DNA of 64,000 nt from Terriglobia bacterium (GCA_963664115.2 CAXWPJ010000002.1:864001-928000); one strand, 5' to 3'. Counted from the first letter of the stretch, positions 29,133-39,695 are shown. Notes: generated from the sequence alone by a model not told the origin. Translations and numbers: made by a program.

Positions 29133-29924
29133 ATGCTCACTTTGCGCCGACGGTTTGGGGTTCTTATTGCTATTGCCGTTCTTGCCGCTGTTTCCGTTGG
29201 CCCCCTTGCATATGGCCGCTTCAGTCAGGGCGGTCGCCGCTTCAGAGGTTTCAACTTCATCCAGCAGAACGAGCCACCCCAGACAGAGTTCATCTTCGCC
29301 CGCTGGCGTTATGGGAACGGGCCTTACCGTGGAGACGGTTGGTCCCATGACTATCCCGTCGCCGAGCAGCATATCCTTCAGGTCATGAAGGAAACCTCGC
29401 TGATCGATGTCGAAAACACTTCCTATCGAATCGTCGAGCTCGGTAGTCCCGAGATATTCCAGTATCCCTTCAGCTATGTCTCTGAACCCGGCGAGATGTT
29501 GCTGACCGACGCGGAGGTTCTGAACTTGCGGGCATACATCGACCGCGGCGGATTCGTCATGGTGGACGATTTCGGCGGACAGGGTCAGGGGCCTCGTGAG
29601 TTCGAGAATCTCAGGTCGAACCTCCGGCGGGTATTTCCGGACCGGGAGATTGTCAACCTCGATAATAGCCATACGATTTTCCACACGCTCTACGACATCA
29701 ACAGCCTCAACGCGGTTCATCCGATGACCGGGGTCAAATCGATATTCTTTGGCTTTCCCGATGGCCGGGGGGGACTGTCAATGATCATCTGCTACAACAA
29801 CGACGTGGGTGATTTCTGGGAGTTCATCGACAACGCCCGGTATCCGGTCGAGCCGTCGGCCGAAGCGCTCAAACTCGGCCTCGACTTCGTTCTCTATGCG
29901 ATGACTCGCAGTGGCGCTTTGTGA
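29133..29924 (+). CDS. DUF4159 domain protein
   Basis: WSHDYP, EIFQYPF, LRAYIDRGGF..DDF, NNDVGDFWE, VLYAMT. Confidence 0.8.
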   Translation: MLTLRRRFGVLIAIAVLAAVSVGPLAYGRFSQGGRRFRGFNFIQQNEPPQTEFIFARWRYGNGPYRGDGWSHDYPVAEQHILQVMKETSLIDVENTSYRIVELGSPEIFQYPFSYVSEPGEMLLTDAEVLNLRAYIDRGGFVMVDDFGGQGQGPREFENLRSNLRRVFPDREIVNLDNSHTIFHTLYDINSLNAVHPMTGVKSIFFGFPDGRGGLSMIICYNNDVGDFWEFIDNARYPVEPSAEALKLGLDFVLYAMTRSGAL

Positions 29925-30108
29925 TGGTTTCCAGTTCAGAAGCGGATTCGGCTGGCGATTCAGCGGGTCAATAGCTATCTCCCCAATGATCCTGACCTTC
30001 GTCGTTCATGGGCGTGTGTGAGCCTGTGAATCGAGCCGTGTTTCGGATTTGTCGAGTTCCAGATCGTTACTTGACCCGATTGCAACTTTCTCCAGATTGG
30101 ATGAATCC

Positions 30109-30576
30109 ATGGCACAAGTGATTTCAAAGCGTGTAACGGCCAATATTGAGGGTGACTTCGTCGTATTCCTGATTGGCATGAGGATCAACAAGCCATGGAA
30201 GCTGCACAAGTGGCTTCCAATGTTGAAGAGCATGCCGAGGATGATTCACGAACTTGAGCAACGCCCCGAGTCGGGTTTCCTCGGGCATATCGCGAGTTTC
30301 GGTGTCATCGTGCAGTATTGGCGATCCTTTGCGCATCTTGAGGCCTATGCTCGGGATCGGGACCAGCATCATTGGCCTGCCTGGGTTGATTTTAACAAGC
30401 GTGTCGGCGGTAGTCGCGGGGATATGGGCATTTGGCACGAGACGTACCAGGTGCGCGCTGGCGAGTACGAGTGCGTATACAGCGGCATGCCACCGTTCGG
30501 CCTGGCCAAAGCGAGTGCGACAGTGGACGCAGCAGGTCAGCTCGAATCGACACGGGGGAGGCTCGAAGCCACGTAA
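30109..30576 (+). CDS. DUF4188 family protein (putative monooxygenase-like)
   Basis: [44 protein letters not shown]. Confidence 0.85.
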   Translation: MAQVISKRVTANIEGDFVVFLIGMRINKPWKLHKWLPMLKSMPRMIHELEQRPESGFLGHIASFGVIVQYWRSFAHLEAYARDRDQHHWPAWVDFNKRVGGSRGDMGIWHETYQVRAGEYECVYSGMPPFGLAKASATVDAAGQLESTRGRLEAT

Positions 30577-30715
30577 CACCAAAGTCAGCCAAGCTGACAG
30601 GCGGCTGACCCTGAGCGATGGCAAAACTCAATCGGTTTAGAATATCCACGTCATATGATGAGTCGGTACTGAGCCCGAGCACAAAGCGGGTTGTCGCGAA
30701 AACAGGAGAGCATCA

Positions 30716-31588
30716 ATGGAATGGATAGAGACCCTGAACCAGATCCTGAATTTTCAGGTCGTCGTGATTGGTGGGAGCGCTATAACGGCGAAGCATATCC
30801 TCCTTTTTACGCTCACTCTCCTGATTACCCGCTACGCTTCGCGGAGTACGCGTCGCCTTCTCAGCGAGCACGTTTTGACGAGCGTCGAACCGGCACCGCG
30901 ATACGTGATTCTTCGAATTACCGGGTACGCGGTGTGGGTGATTGGAATAATCGTTGCGCTGGACCTGCTCAACATCGATCTGACGGCTCTGGCGGTCGTT
31001 GCCGGCGGACTCGGCATCGGCATCGGATTCGGTCTTCAGAACGTCGTTTCCAACTTCGTGTCTGGACTTGTGCTCTTGCTCGAACAGCCCATCCGCATCC
31101 ACGACCGCATTACCGTCGAGAACGTCGAGGGAAACGTCGCCGACATCCATTTTCGATCCACCACCATCGTAACGAACGACAACATTGCGATCATTGTTCC
31201 CAATTCCCAGTTCATCAATCAGACGGTCACCAACTGGTCGTACGGTGATCCCACCATCAGAGTTCATGTGCCGGTGGGCGTGGCTTATGGTTCCGACGTG
31301 GAACGGGTCACCCGCATTCTTGAAGAGGTTGCCGCCAGTACCGACCATGTCCTGAAGCATCCGGCACCGGAAGTCCGATTCAACGAGTTTGGGGATTCCT
31401 CGTTGAACTTCGAGCTGTTGGTTTGGAGCGACGACCCTCCGGGACACTTGAAGCTCAGAAGCGAGCTCAACTATGCGATTGACGCCGAGTTTCGTCGGAA
31501 CCAAGTCGAGATTCCCTTCCCCCAGCGCGTCGTTCACATCGAGGGCGGTGAGAAAAATGTGGCGTCAGACCCAGTTCCCGGCAGTTAA
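30716..31588 (+). CDS. MscS family mechanosensitive channel
   Basis: GIGIGFGLQNVVSNFVSGL, IVPNS, VGVAYGSD, FGDSSLNF, EIPFPQR. Confidence 0.92.
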   Translation: MEWIETLNQILNFQVVVIGGSAITAKHILLFTLTLLITRYASRSTRRLLSEHVLTSVEPAPRYVILRITGYAVWVIGIIVALDLLNIDLTALAVVAGGLGIGIGFGLQNVVSNFVSGLVLLLEQPIRIHDRITVENVEGNVADIHFRSTTIVTNDNIAIIVPNSQFINQTVTNWSYGDPTIRVHVPVGVAYGSDVERVTRILEEVAASTDHVLKHPAPEVRFNEFGDSSLNFELLVWSDDPPGHLKLRSELNYAIDAEFRRNQVEIPFPQRVVHIEGGEKNVASDPVPGS

Positions 31589-31706
31589 CCCAGTCGGGTA
31601 GACGCTAATCCGAAGGTAGGGTTATGAGCCTGCCGATTCTGCCTACCGGGCACGTTTTGCCCGTCCTCTTGAAACGGAAGTGATTGAGCGTAAGTCTGTT
31701 TCGATT

Positions 31707-31722
31707 TGGCGAAGGATGTGCA
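31707..31722 (+). promoter_or_regulatory. Putative sigma54 promoter for the diguanylate cyclase
   Basis: TGGCGAAGGATGTGCA has GG-N10-GC spacing and is followed by a GGAGG SD. Confidence 0.5.
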
Positions 31723-31758
31723 TTCCTAAGGTAGCCAGATCATGGAGGCTGCGTTCGA

Positions 31759-32400
31759 ATGAGTCTAGCGGGTACAAACAGGGAAACGGGGGATCAGGTC
31801 AGACTCGCTGAACTGGAACGCAAGAACCAACTCCTTGAGGCCGAGGTTGAGCAGCTCCGCGTATATAAGGATTATGCCTATACCGATGTACTGACCGAGA
31901 TCCCTAACCGGCGGTTTTATCACGAGCGTCTCCTCCAGGAGATGGCACGGGCTCGCCGGAGCCAGCAGCCGCTCGGTCTGTCGCTGGTTGATTTGGATTA
32001 TTTCAAAGAGATAAACGATCAAATCGGACACCGGGCAGGCGATCAGGTCCTCAAATTCTTCTCGCATTTCCTGAGGGTGAACCTGCGCCAGGAGGACGTC
32101 CTGTGCCGGATTGGCGGGGATGAGTTCTCCGTCATCTTGCCGGACACCGATTCACAACGAGCCGAAATATTCTTCGATCGCGTCAAAGCCAAGCTGGACC
32201 GAATCGATCTGTCGCTCGACGGTCGCGAGGACATCCGGGTGTCCTTCAGTTGCGGGATTGCTTCGTTCTCGCCTGATGACACTCCAGAGGCATTCATCGA
32301 TCAGGCTGATCAAGCGCTTTATTCCGCCAAAGCCAGAGGACGCAACCAGGTGGTTGCTGCGGGTCTGACCCCCGCTCTGGGCAATCGCTTCGTGAATTGA
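31759..32400 (+). CDS. Diguanylate cyclase (short coiled coil + GGDEF)
   Basis: DVLTEIPNRR, DLDYFK.IND..GH..GD, RQED I-site, GGDEF, ADQALY.AK..GRN. Confidence 0.92.
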   Translation: MSLAGTNRETGDQVRLAELERKNQLLEAEVEQLRVYKDYAYTDVLTEIPNRRFYHERLLQEMARARRSQQPLGLSLVDLDYFKEINDQIGHRAGDQVLKFFSHFLRVNLRQEDVLCRIGGDEFSVILPDTDSQRAEIFFDRVKAKLDRIDLSLDGREDIRVSFSCGIASFSPDDTPEAFIDQADQALYSAKARGRNQVVAAGLTPALGNRFVN

Positions 32401-32419
32401 ACCGCGGATGACGCGCTAG

Positions 32420-32688
32420 TGACCTGTACTACCCAAATCGGGGCCAGCGCCGATGGGTCTTGCCGACGAGATCGAGGCGCGAAACGGAAGTCGATGTAAG
32501 CGCATCGGCGACGGCTCGTAACGAAGATGTCGCCGGCAACCCCCATCGGCCCAAAGGGTTCGGGCGAAACGGCATTGCCTTCGTTGTCGTCAGCTCCTCG
32601 GAATGAAGGGACATTTCCTCGTCGCTGACTCCTAGAATCCAGCGCCGTTTGGCCCGAACGCTGGTCCCGATTTGGGTGGTACAGGCCA
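32420..32688. mobile_element. MITE, 269 bp, with 30-bp terminal inverted repeats, flanked by CTAG
   Basis: TGACCTGTACTACCCAAATCGGGGCCAGCG matches the reverse complement of 32659-32688 at 27/30. CTAG at 32416-32419 and 32689-32692. No credible CDS. Confidence 0.85.
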
Positions 32689-32692
32689 CTAG

Positions 32693-34541
32693 TCCCAAAA
32701 CAAGCGCATAACCAGTCCGCCGAGGCCCAGTTCGCGCCGATAGAATTCGAGGCATAGAATCCCGTTCCCGGATGGCCTGTTCCAGGTATCGAGTTTCTGT
32801 TGAATCTGTTTCAGTTCAGCCTCGCTGGTGTTGGACGGTTGACAGAAACCGGGACCTCGATCGCCCGGGCTCAGAGTCATGATCGGGTCAACATCGCAGA
32901 GGCTGACGCAACACATCCACCCCGCGGAACAAGACCGGCAACCACCGGTTCCAGGCCAGGATCCGGAACAGAATGCGCCGCCCGGTGCGCACGAGTTGGC
33001 ACGGCACAAGCATGAAAGCGTTCAAGAAGGTTTTGAACTCCATGCGCAGCACGGTTTGCTTCTCAGCCTGATATTTTTGGCCCCAACGTCCGGTTTCGGG
33101 AAGCAGCAATGCAAACCACGCTTTCAGTGTCCAGGCCAGTGACGCGATCACCATGTAGGCCCAGTTGCTGGTCTGATCTCCGACCGGCATCCGCAACGCC
33201 TGAACGCCGTTCTTCAACTGCTCAATGAGATTCTCCTGATTGCACCGTTGATTGGCACGCATCACAATCTGGTCGGCCGGATCCGAACGGTTGGTAATGT
33301 AGAAGAAGTACCGGATGTCGTCAAACAACACCTGCTCTCCTTTGGCCACCGACAGATTCTTCCGCACCACGACGACACGGTAGTCCCGATCGCAGGCTCC
33401 GGGTCGATACCGAAACTCGGCCACATCCTCACCCTGCAAGCGGATATTGTCGAAACCGCGCTGCCGAACGATCTCTTCCTTCACGTTGTCGGGACGTTGG
33501 CGCGGTTCGGTCGCCACGTCGTATTTCGCGGGCCGTTCCAGGCGCTTCCACTGGCGCGGCTCCAGTTCATCGGCCCGGGCCTTCAGGTTCGCCATCGCGT
33601 CAATCCCGAATATGAAACCCACCTGCTGGTCGTCCCATCCGTCCAGATGCCGGGTCTGGCTGAAGTCCGTGTCCCCGCGCAGCAGGATCTGGCGAAACCC
33701 CGCATGCCGGCACAATGCGATGGCTTGGTCGAACCGGACCGCGGCTCCTTCATGCGACGGCCGGTTGCCGCTACGATTGACCAGATACAGCGGTTCGGCG
33801 GTGTTGGCCAGCGAGATCATCAGCGGGTGATATCCCCACGTCCCGTCGTAGGCCACGTCCATCCCTTGCTTGCATTCCCCCGTGGTTTCGGCCAGTGTCC
33901 CGTCCGCGTCCAACACCGCTTCTTCGAAAAACGCCGCCGGTTGCTGTCGCCAGACTCCGAGCCGGACTTGATTGGTTGCCTCCATCAGACACTCCACGTC
34001 GTCGGCCTCGAATCTCCGGCAGAAGTCTCCCGCCGTCGTCGGATCCGGAATCCGTTGCGCTCCCAGCGCATCCAGATACACCGCATCGTTGCGCCGCAGT
34101 TCGATGTCTTCCAGGCACGTTCCTCCGCTCAAGGCGTTGTAGGCGATGTTCAGCACGTGATCCGACTCGTGATACGGCAGGTGCCGCTTCAACACATGCA
34201 CGCCCTTGTCGATGGCTTCGATCAGCCCGGTCCGCCGCGCCACCAGTTGCATCGTCCCGATACCACCAACCGATGTGCCCCGCGTCCGCTCTCCCATCTC
34301 GTACTGAATGTTGCTCGCCGAAAACATCGGCTCTACCTGATCCGTCCAATGCCGGTCCCCAAGCCGACGTTCGATTCGCCGCTTGCGGTTCCTCATGTTC
34401 TTGCGCGTATAATCGTTCATCTGAAATGCCTCCTTTTCCGAAGAATCTGTTCAAGGTTTTTTTCGCACGGAGAGGGGGCATTTCGGGTACTTCCGCTCTT
34501 ATTGCACTATCATTTCCTCGTCAATCACGCTTGTTCAGGGT
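32693..34541 (-). mobile_element. IS1380-family insertion sequence, copy 1 (1849 bp)
   Basis: IRs CCCAAAACAAGCG / CCCTGAACAAGCG, CTAG on both sides; repeated at offset +17277. Confidence 0.92.
32888..34420 (-). CDS. IS1380 family transposase
   Basis: LDADGT, GYHPL, LRGDTDF, RCNQENLIEQLKNG; 510 aa. Confidence 0.9.
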   Translation of the reverse strand: MNDYTRKNMRNRKRRIERRLGDRHWTDQVEPMFSASNIQYEMGERTRGTSVGGIGTMQLVARRTGLIEAIDKGVHVLKRHLPYHESDHVLNIAYNALSGGTCLEDIELRRNDAVYLDALGAQRIPDPTTAGDFCRRFEADDVECLMEATNQVRLGVWRQQPAAFFEEAVLDADGTLAETTGECKQGMDVAYDGTWGYHPLMISLANTAEPLYLVNRSGNRPSHEGAAVRFDQAIALCRHAGFRQILLRGDTDFSQTRHLDGWDDQQVGFIFGIDAMANLKARADELEPRQWKRLERPAKYDVATEPRQRPDNVKEEIVRQRGFDNIRLQGEDVAEFRYRPGACDRDYRVVVVRKNLSVAKGEQVLFDDIRYFFYITNRSDPADQIVMRANQRCNQENLIEQLKNGVQALRMPVGDQTSNWAYMVIASLAWTLKAWFALLLPETGRWGQKYQAEKQTVLRMEFKTFLNAFMLVPCQLVRTGRRILFRILAWNRWLPVLFRGVDVLRQPLRC

Positions 34542-34584
34542 CTAGTCGCGCACACGAGTTTCCGTCCAAACAACAACTCCTGTT

Positions 34585-34610
34585 CGGCGGTCTTCGGGCC
34601 GCCGTTTTTT
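34585..34610 (+). terminator. Intrinsic terminator
   Basis: CGGCGGTC-TTCG-GGCCGCCG followed by T6. Confidence 0.8.
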
Positions 34611-34634
34611 ATGGGGGATTAGGAAGGCGTAGAG

Positions 34635-34688
34635 GGTGAAAGGTTAATAGTTAATGGTGAGATCTTTCTTAACTCTCAACTTTCAACT
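34635..34688. repeat. Inverted array of degenerate 7-mers
   Basis: ggtgaaa-ggttaat-agttaat-ggtgaga ... taactct-caacttt-caact; similar element at 60099-60177. Confidence 0.55.
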
Positions 34689-34692
34689 GGCC

Positions 34693-35973
34693 TCATCTCA
34701 CAATAAGTATTTGTCCGGCGTATATGGTGCTGCCGCGGAGCCCGTTCAGATTTATCAACTCCTGAAGCCTCATACCGAACAACTCGGCAATTTCAGAGAG
34801 GGTATTATCGCCAAGGCGAACACGGTACTCACCGTTAGCGGCCACTTCCGCTGCATCTGCGCCGTCAAGGGCCGCCACGACGAGTGTTTCACCCGTAAAG
34901 ATCAAGTCTGTCGGCAGGCTATTGAGGTTCATGAGTCTATCGATCGTGATGCCGTGGCGAACTGCGATGGTCCCGAGGGTGTCTCCCGAACGGACACGGT
35001 AGGTTTGTCCCCCGGTTCCGTTCAACGGTGCCCGGGCGATGCGCGTTGCCGGAGCAGTGAAGTCCATGGGGCTGTCCAGGGCGATTGGTCCGAAATGGAC
35101 CTCGTAGTTGTTGTAGACGTTTACAGCCGCTATAAATTCGGCGTATAAATTCTTGGATGCGTATCCGAAAGTCCGGCTGCTGTAATTGCCGACGATCGTG
35201 GCCATATCCGAACCATGGGCGCGTCGTGCCCGCGCCATACCCGCTCGCCCATGGTTGTATGCGCTGATGGCCAGGGGCCAGGACTGCAGTACTTCATAGT
35301 TTCCCCTGAGCAGTCTGGCTGCCGACCGTGTTGCAATGGCGGGGTTCAAACGATCGTCCCGTCCGCGCGTAACGCGCATGAACTGTCTGCCTGTAGACGG
35401 CATAAACTGCCAGATTCCCGCTGCACCTGCGTGGGAGCGTGCTTCGTTTTGGAACGATGATTCAACCAGAGGCAGCAGTGTGATGACGGTCGGTACGCTC
35501 TCGCTTTCGAACACTTCCTCGAAATAGCTGAGGTATCTTCCGGAGCGGATGATGCCGGCCCGAAAACGTTCCTTGATGCCGCGCTGAACATGGATGCGCC
35601 CCTGGAGGACGGCAATATCCCCTGCCCGCATGCGCACGCCATCGGCCTCAATCATGTCGTAGAGGCGTCGTGCCTCGGTGGTGAGTTGGTTCGGGCTTGA
35701 TATCTTGCTTCGAACTTCGCTCAACAGGTTCCGGACCGACTGCACTCCGGAGCGTCTCGACCGTTCATCGACGACTGCATAGATCAGGTCCACCCGCTGG
35801 GCATCGTGGATGATGAGGTCGTCTTCACCGTATACCGTGAACACCTTTTCCCAGAACTCGATGCGATCACTGAGTCCGTCTTCAGGGAATCCGGGTATCT
35901 GGGCGACAGATAAATTGTTGAAGGTCGATGAAACGATCAGGAAAAGAACGAGCCAGCGGAAGCGTGCCATCAT
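34693..35973 (-). CDS. Lytic transglycosylase (MltD-like SLT) with two LysM domains
   Basis: LPLVESSF, AAGIWQFM, AYNHG, YRVRSGDTL and a second LysM. Confidence 0.9.
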   Translation of the reverse strand: MMARFRWLVLFLIVSSTFNNLSVAQIPGFPEDGLSDRIEFWEKVFTVYGEDDLIIHDAQRVDLIYAVVDERSRRSGVQSVRNLLSEVRSKISSPNQLTTEARRLYDMIEADGVRMRAGDIAVLQGRIHVQRGIKERFRAGIIRSGRYLSYFEEVFESESVPTVITLLPLVESSFQNEARSHAGAAGIWQFMPSTGRQFMRVTRGRDDRLNPAIATRSAARLLRGNYEVLQSWPLAISAYNHGRAGMARARRAHGSDMATIVGNYSSRTFGYASKNLYAEFIAAVNVYNNYEVHFGPIALDSPMDFTAPATRIARAPLNGTGGQTYRVRSGDTLGTIAVRHGITIDRLMNLNSLPTDLIFTGETLVVAALDGADAAEVAANGEYRVRLGDNTLSEIAELFGMRLQELINLNGLRGSTIYAGQILIVR

Positions 35974-36073
35974 GCGCTCTTATCTCCGAAGAAAAGTTTC
36001 GTCCTCATTAAAGACCGTCTACTGGCAGAGAATATTATCACGACGAAGGCGCCGGCAGGCACATCAAAGAGCC

Positions 36074-37417
36074 TTACATTTTTTTGAGAAGCGTATGTGC
36101 CGCTACCAACAGCGGATCCCACAGGCTACCGTACGGGGGTGTGTAGGAGAGATCGAGTTGGGAGATCTCCCTGACCGTCATTGACGACATGATCGCGGTG
36201 GCTGCAACGTCGATACGTTTAGACACATCTCCGTAGCCGATTGATTGAGCGCCGATCAACCTTCGGCTGTCGGAATCTGCGATCAATTTGATCCATATCT
36301 TACCGGCTCCGGGTGAATATGCCGCCCGGTCCAGAGCCTCGATCCGAACCGACACCGTTCGCATCCGTTCTGCTGAAGCTTCATTCGAGGTCAGACCTAC
36401 GCGCCCGATCGCAAGGTCGAACACCTTGAGAATAGTGGTGCCGACGGTGCCCGAGAACTTTGTCCGCTTACCCGTAAGGTTGTCTCCCACAACACGCCCT
36501 TGTTTGGCAGCTACGGTTCCGATGTGATGCAGAATGGGACGGCGCCTCAATATGCAATATGCTTCAGCACAGTTTCCTGCCGCAAAAATACTCGGGACAC
36601 TGGTCTCCATATATTCATTCACGGCGATTCCCCCGGTCGCACCCAGACTGACACCCGCTTCGCGGGATAATTCCACGTTGGGTACGACACCGGTGTCCAA
36701 CATCACGGCATCCGCCGGGGAAGCGCCCGAGGATCCTCGAGTCTTGACGCCCGTCACGTGTTCTGCTTCGCCGATGAGCGCTTCGACCGGGATTCCAGTA
36801 CGAAGCTTCACCCCATGCCGCAGTAACTCGTATTCGACAATCCGGGCCATGTCCGGGTCGATGCTACCCATGATGTGTGTGCGTTGCTCGAAGATCGTCA
36901 CTGACTTCTTCAGCTTCCGAAGAGCTTCGGCCATTTCGAGTCCTACATAGCCTCCGCCAACGATCGCAACCGTCCGGGCCCTATCGAGCGAAGGTCGGAT
37001 TCGAACCGCGTCGTCGAGTGAGGTGATGGAAAATACGTTTTCCAGGGACGTTCCAGGTATGTCGGGATGCGAGGGACGGACTCCTGTCGACAGCAGTAGG
37101 CGGTCGAAGGGAAAGGTCAACGTTTCTCCAGTGTCTGCGCGACGTACTTCCACGCGCTTTCTGGACGGATGGACGGCTTCGACATGAGCATGGACGTGGG
37201 CCTCAATATCGCGCTTTTGTTTGAGGCTTGCAGGCGTGAACGTCACCAGATCGTCGGACCCCACCTCATCGGCCATGAAATAGGGGATTCCGCAAGTGCT
37301 GTAGGAGATGAACGGGCTCCTTTCCAGTACAGTGATGTCCAGACGAGGATCGAGGCGCTTGGCGCGCGAGGCCGCGGACATTCCTGCTGCGTTGCCCCCG
37401 ATGATGACGATACGCAT
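36074..37417 (-). CDS. FAD-dependent pyridine nucleotide-disulfide oxidoreductase (CoA-disulfide reductase/NADH oxidase family)
   Basis: IIGGNAAGMSAA, SYSTCGIPY, GGGYVGLEMAE, DLSYTPPY. Start reassigned to 37417. Confidence 0.88.
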   Translation of the reverse strand: MRIVIIGGNAAGMSAASRAKRLDPRLDITVLERSPFISYSTCGIPYFMADEVGSDDLVTFTPASLKQKRDIEAHVHAHVEAVHPSRKRVEVRRADTGETLTFPFDRLLLSTGVRPSHPDIPGTSLENVFSITSLDDAVRIRPSLDRARTVAIVGGGYVGLEMAEALRKLKKSVTIFEQRTHIMGSIDPDMARIVEYELLRHGVKLRTGIPVEALIGEAEHVTGVKTRGSSGASPADAVMLDTGVVPNVELSREAGVSLGATGGIAVNEYMETSVPSIFAAGNCAEAYCILRRRPILHHIGTVAAKQGRVVGDNLTGKRTKFSGTVGTTILKVFDLAIGRVGLTSNEASAERMRTVSVRIEALDRAAYSPGAGKIWIKLIADSDSRRLIGAQSIGYGDVSKRIDVAATAIMSSMTVREISQLDLSYTPPYGSLWDPLLVAAHTLLKKM

Positions 37418-37424
37418 CTTAAGA

Positions 37425-37497
37425 AGTGATGAGTGATACGTGAAGTGTGACACGCACGAGGGAAGACGCCTCCGCTCGTCACGCACCACGTGTCACC
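37425..37497. repeat. Inverted array of degenerate 7-mers
   Basis: agtgatg-agtgata-cgtgaag-tgtgaca ... cgtcacg-caccacg-tgtcacc. Confidence 0.5.
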
Positions 37498-37502
37498 TTC
37501 AT

Positions 37503-38243
37503 CTACATATATTTTTCCCGCTCTCGAAGCCATGAATCCGGATCGTTTGCTCCCGGACGCTCCAGAATGACGTGTGTTTCCTCAGCGACGACTCGGGCGC
37601 GTTCTATTCCTGCAGCCCGGGCAAAAGCACCAAACTCGAAGGGTGTAAATCCCGCCCTCACTCCCGCTTCGAAGCGACTCCGTAAGCGTTCGTCGTAATT
37701 TGATCCGTGTCGGCTGAGGTGGCGGGAGATATTGAAGCGGTTCGGCCTTCGCAGTTCCCGGATCAAGATCGCCCCTGTCGGCTTGGTTACTCGATGAATC
37801 TCCCTCAATGTTTTCGTTGGATGTTCGAATCCGTGGAGGGCTCCGTCAGAGACAACCATGTCGAAGTAAGCCGTCTTGAATTTCATTTGAGCGGGCTCTC
37901 CTACCTGAAAAAACATCCGCTCGCCCAGCTTCCATTCTTCGGCGGTTTGCCGCGCGGTCTCCGCCATTTGAAGGCTTCGATAAACACCCATACAAAGAAG
38001 GCCCTCTGCGTCCCAGAGAATTTTCATTGCGACCAGCCCGAGACGGCTGCCTACATCGAGCACCATGCCGGCATCCACACCGAGACTCCGGGCGCGTTCG
38101 ACAAACGCCTGGTCCTGTGATTTGAAGTAAGACTCTTCGGTTGCTTCTATCCAGGCTTCGAGTTCCTCGTTTGTCAGTTCACCCGTGGATACGGGCATAC
38201 GTGCCGGGTAGAGGAGGCGTGCCCACATGCTCCCGATGCCCAT
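37503..38243 (-). CDS. Class I SAM-dependent methyltransferase
   Basis: VLDVGSRLG, FDMVVS, EIHRVTKPTG. Confidence 0.75.
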   Translation of the reverse strand: MGIGSMWARLLYPARMPVSTGELTNEELEAWIEATEESYFKSQDQAFVERARSLGVDAGMVLDVGSRLGLVAMKILWDAEGLLCMGVYRSLQMAETARQTAEEWKLGERMFFQVGEPAQMKFKTAYFDMVVSDGALHGFEHPTKTLREIHRVTKPTGAILIRELRRPNRFNISRHLSRHGSNYDERLRSRFEAGVRAGFTPFEFGAFARAAGIERARVVAEETHVILERPGANDPDSWLREREKYM

Positions 38244-38253
38244 AGGCACTGCT

Positions 38254-38742
38254 TTACTCGGTCTGGGGAAGGTCCCCGATCAACACAGCGACTTCGTCCA
38301 ACAGAATATTGTTCTTCGTCATGTACTGGACTTCACGAACGAAGGCGTAGGCGTTGCCGCTCAGTGCGGCAACAGCGAGGATCGTGTGTATCCAGACCGG
38401 TAGCACCCGCGTATCGACGCCACCGCCGATTATCCATGCGGCCATCGTGAAAAGAATGGCCATGGTTGCCGGAGGAAAAACCCGGGATTTAAACTCCCGC
38501 GTTCGACGGATGAATTCAGGAGCCTGAGGATGTGAACCGAGGAGATCCTTTGCCTGCTTGGCGGTACCGATGAAGTAAAACATCGACATACACTGCGCCA
38601 AAATCGTGACGAATGTTGCAAAGAGGGCAAATAGAAAGTGTTGCCCCAGTCCGATCCGGCCGTCTATGGCGAAGCCCAGGTAAACCGTGACCGTGAGGCT
38701 GGCGATTCCCATCAATGAACTGGTTAAAAGTGCTAGGACCAT
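38254..38742 (-). CDS. Conserved hypothetical membrane protein (4 TM)
   Basis: Four hydrophobic segments and a MFYFIGT motif; start uncertain. Confidence 0.65.
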   Translation of the reverse strand: MVLALLTSSLMGIASLTVTVYLGFAIDGRIGLGQHFLFALFATFVTILAQCMSMFYFIGTAKQAKDLLGSHPQAPEFIRRTREFKSRVFPPATMAILFTMAAWIIGGGVDTRVLPVWIHTILAVAALSGNAYAFVREVQYMTKNNILLDEVAVLIGDLPQTE

Positions 38743-38910
38743 AAGTTTTGCTAGTTTCTGCTTCGAGATTCTACCATGTCCGATCACCGGAGGAATCGTC
38801 CCCCGAAGTCGACCATCAGTTCGACGGAAAGCACAATCTATGGGTGTTATATGGAACGGATTGTCGAAGTTATTGTGTACATCCATTCACTCATGGTATG
38901 AAGGAAGACG

Positions 38911-39591
38911 ATGCGGCGACTTCTGATCATGATGATCTTGATCGCGATGACCTCGGCGTGTGCGAAGCGCGCTCAAGTGCAGCTCCCGGGTCCCATCCCC
39001 AATCCGGGTGTCGTGATGGCATCCTCTGAGGGCGCGGCAGTCGATGGCCGTGCAAGTTATTACGGAGATCCCTACCATGGCCGGGCGACGGCCAACGGCG
39101 AGACCTTCGACAAGAACAAAATGACCGCGGCACACCGGACCTTACCATTCAACACCTGGGTTCGTGTCGAGAATCAGTTGAACAGGAGGAAGGTTGACGT
39201 TCGGATCAACGATCGTGGCCCCTTCGTGGGTGGGCGTCTGATCGACCTTTCCGAAGGAGCCGCGCGCGAGATCGACATGATCCGGTCCGGCGTCGCTCCA
39301 GTGCGCTTGGAGATCATCAAAGAGGCCCCAGCAGCGACCGGCGGGCGCGCCATCACCGAGGATGTGTTTTACGTCATCCAACTCGGTGCGTTCGGCAGCG
39401 AGCAAGCCGCGCAAGAGGTGAGGCGTCGATTCGAACCCAAGTACACCGGCATATACGTGGATCGTCCAACGGGCGACAGCCCCCTCTACAAAGTCCGTAT
39501 CGGACGATCCCTGCTCAGGGAAGCCCGCTTCATCCAGGATTTGCTCAAACGCGAAGACAACGTCGACGCGATTGTCGTCCAGATGAATTAG
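38911..39591 (+). CDS. rlpA: Septal ring lytic transglycosylase RlpA with SPOR domain
   Basis: Lipobox [31 protein letters not shown]. Confidence 0.9.
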   Translation: MRRLLIMMILIAMTSACAKRAQVQLPGPIPNPGVVMASSEGAAVDGRASYYGDPYHGRATANGETFDKNKMTAAHRTLPFNTWVRVENQLNRRKVDVRINDRGPFVGGRLIDLSEGAAREIDMIRSGVAPVRLEIIKEAPAATGGRAITEDVFYVIQLGAFGSEQAAQEVRRRFEPKYTGIYVDRPTGDSPLYKVRIGRSLLREARFIQDLLKREDNVDAIVVQMN

Positions 39592-39604
39592 TTCGTCTTT
39601 TTGT

Positions 39605-39695
39605 TAACACGAAGACAACGAAGTTCAACGAAGGGTCACGAAGAATTCTATTTTCTGAAGAATGATTACTTTGTGATCTTCGTGCCTTCGTGTTG
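39605..39695. repeat. Inverted array of (c/a)acgaag units
   Basis: cacgaag-aacgaag-aacgaag-cacgaag ... ctttgtg-cttcgtg-cttcgtg between convergent genes. Confidence 0.6.

Noticed and set aside
33248-34639. Long plus-strand ORFs (463 aa and 439 aa) and other ORFs inside IS1380
   Set aside because: Antisense shadows of a GC-rich transposase with no recognisable motifs.
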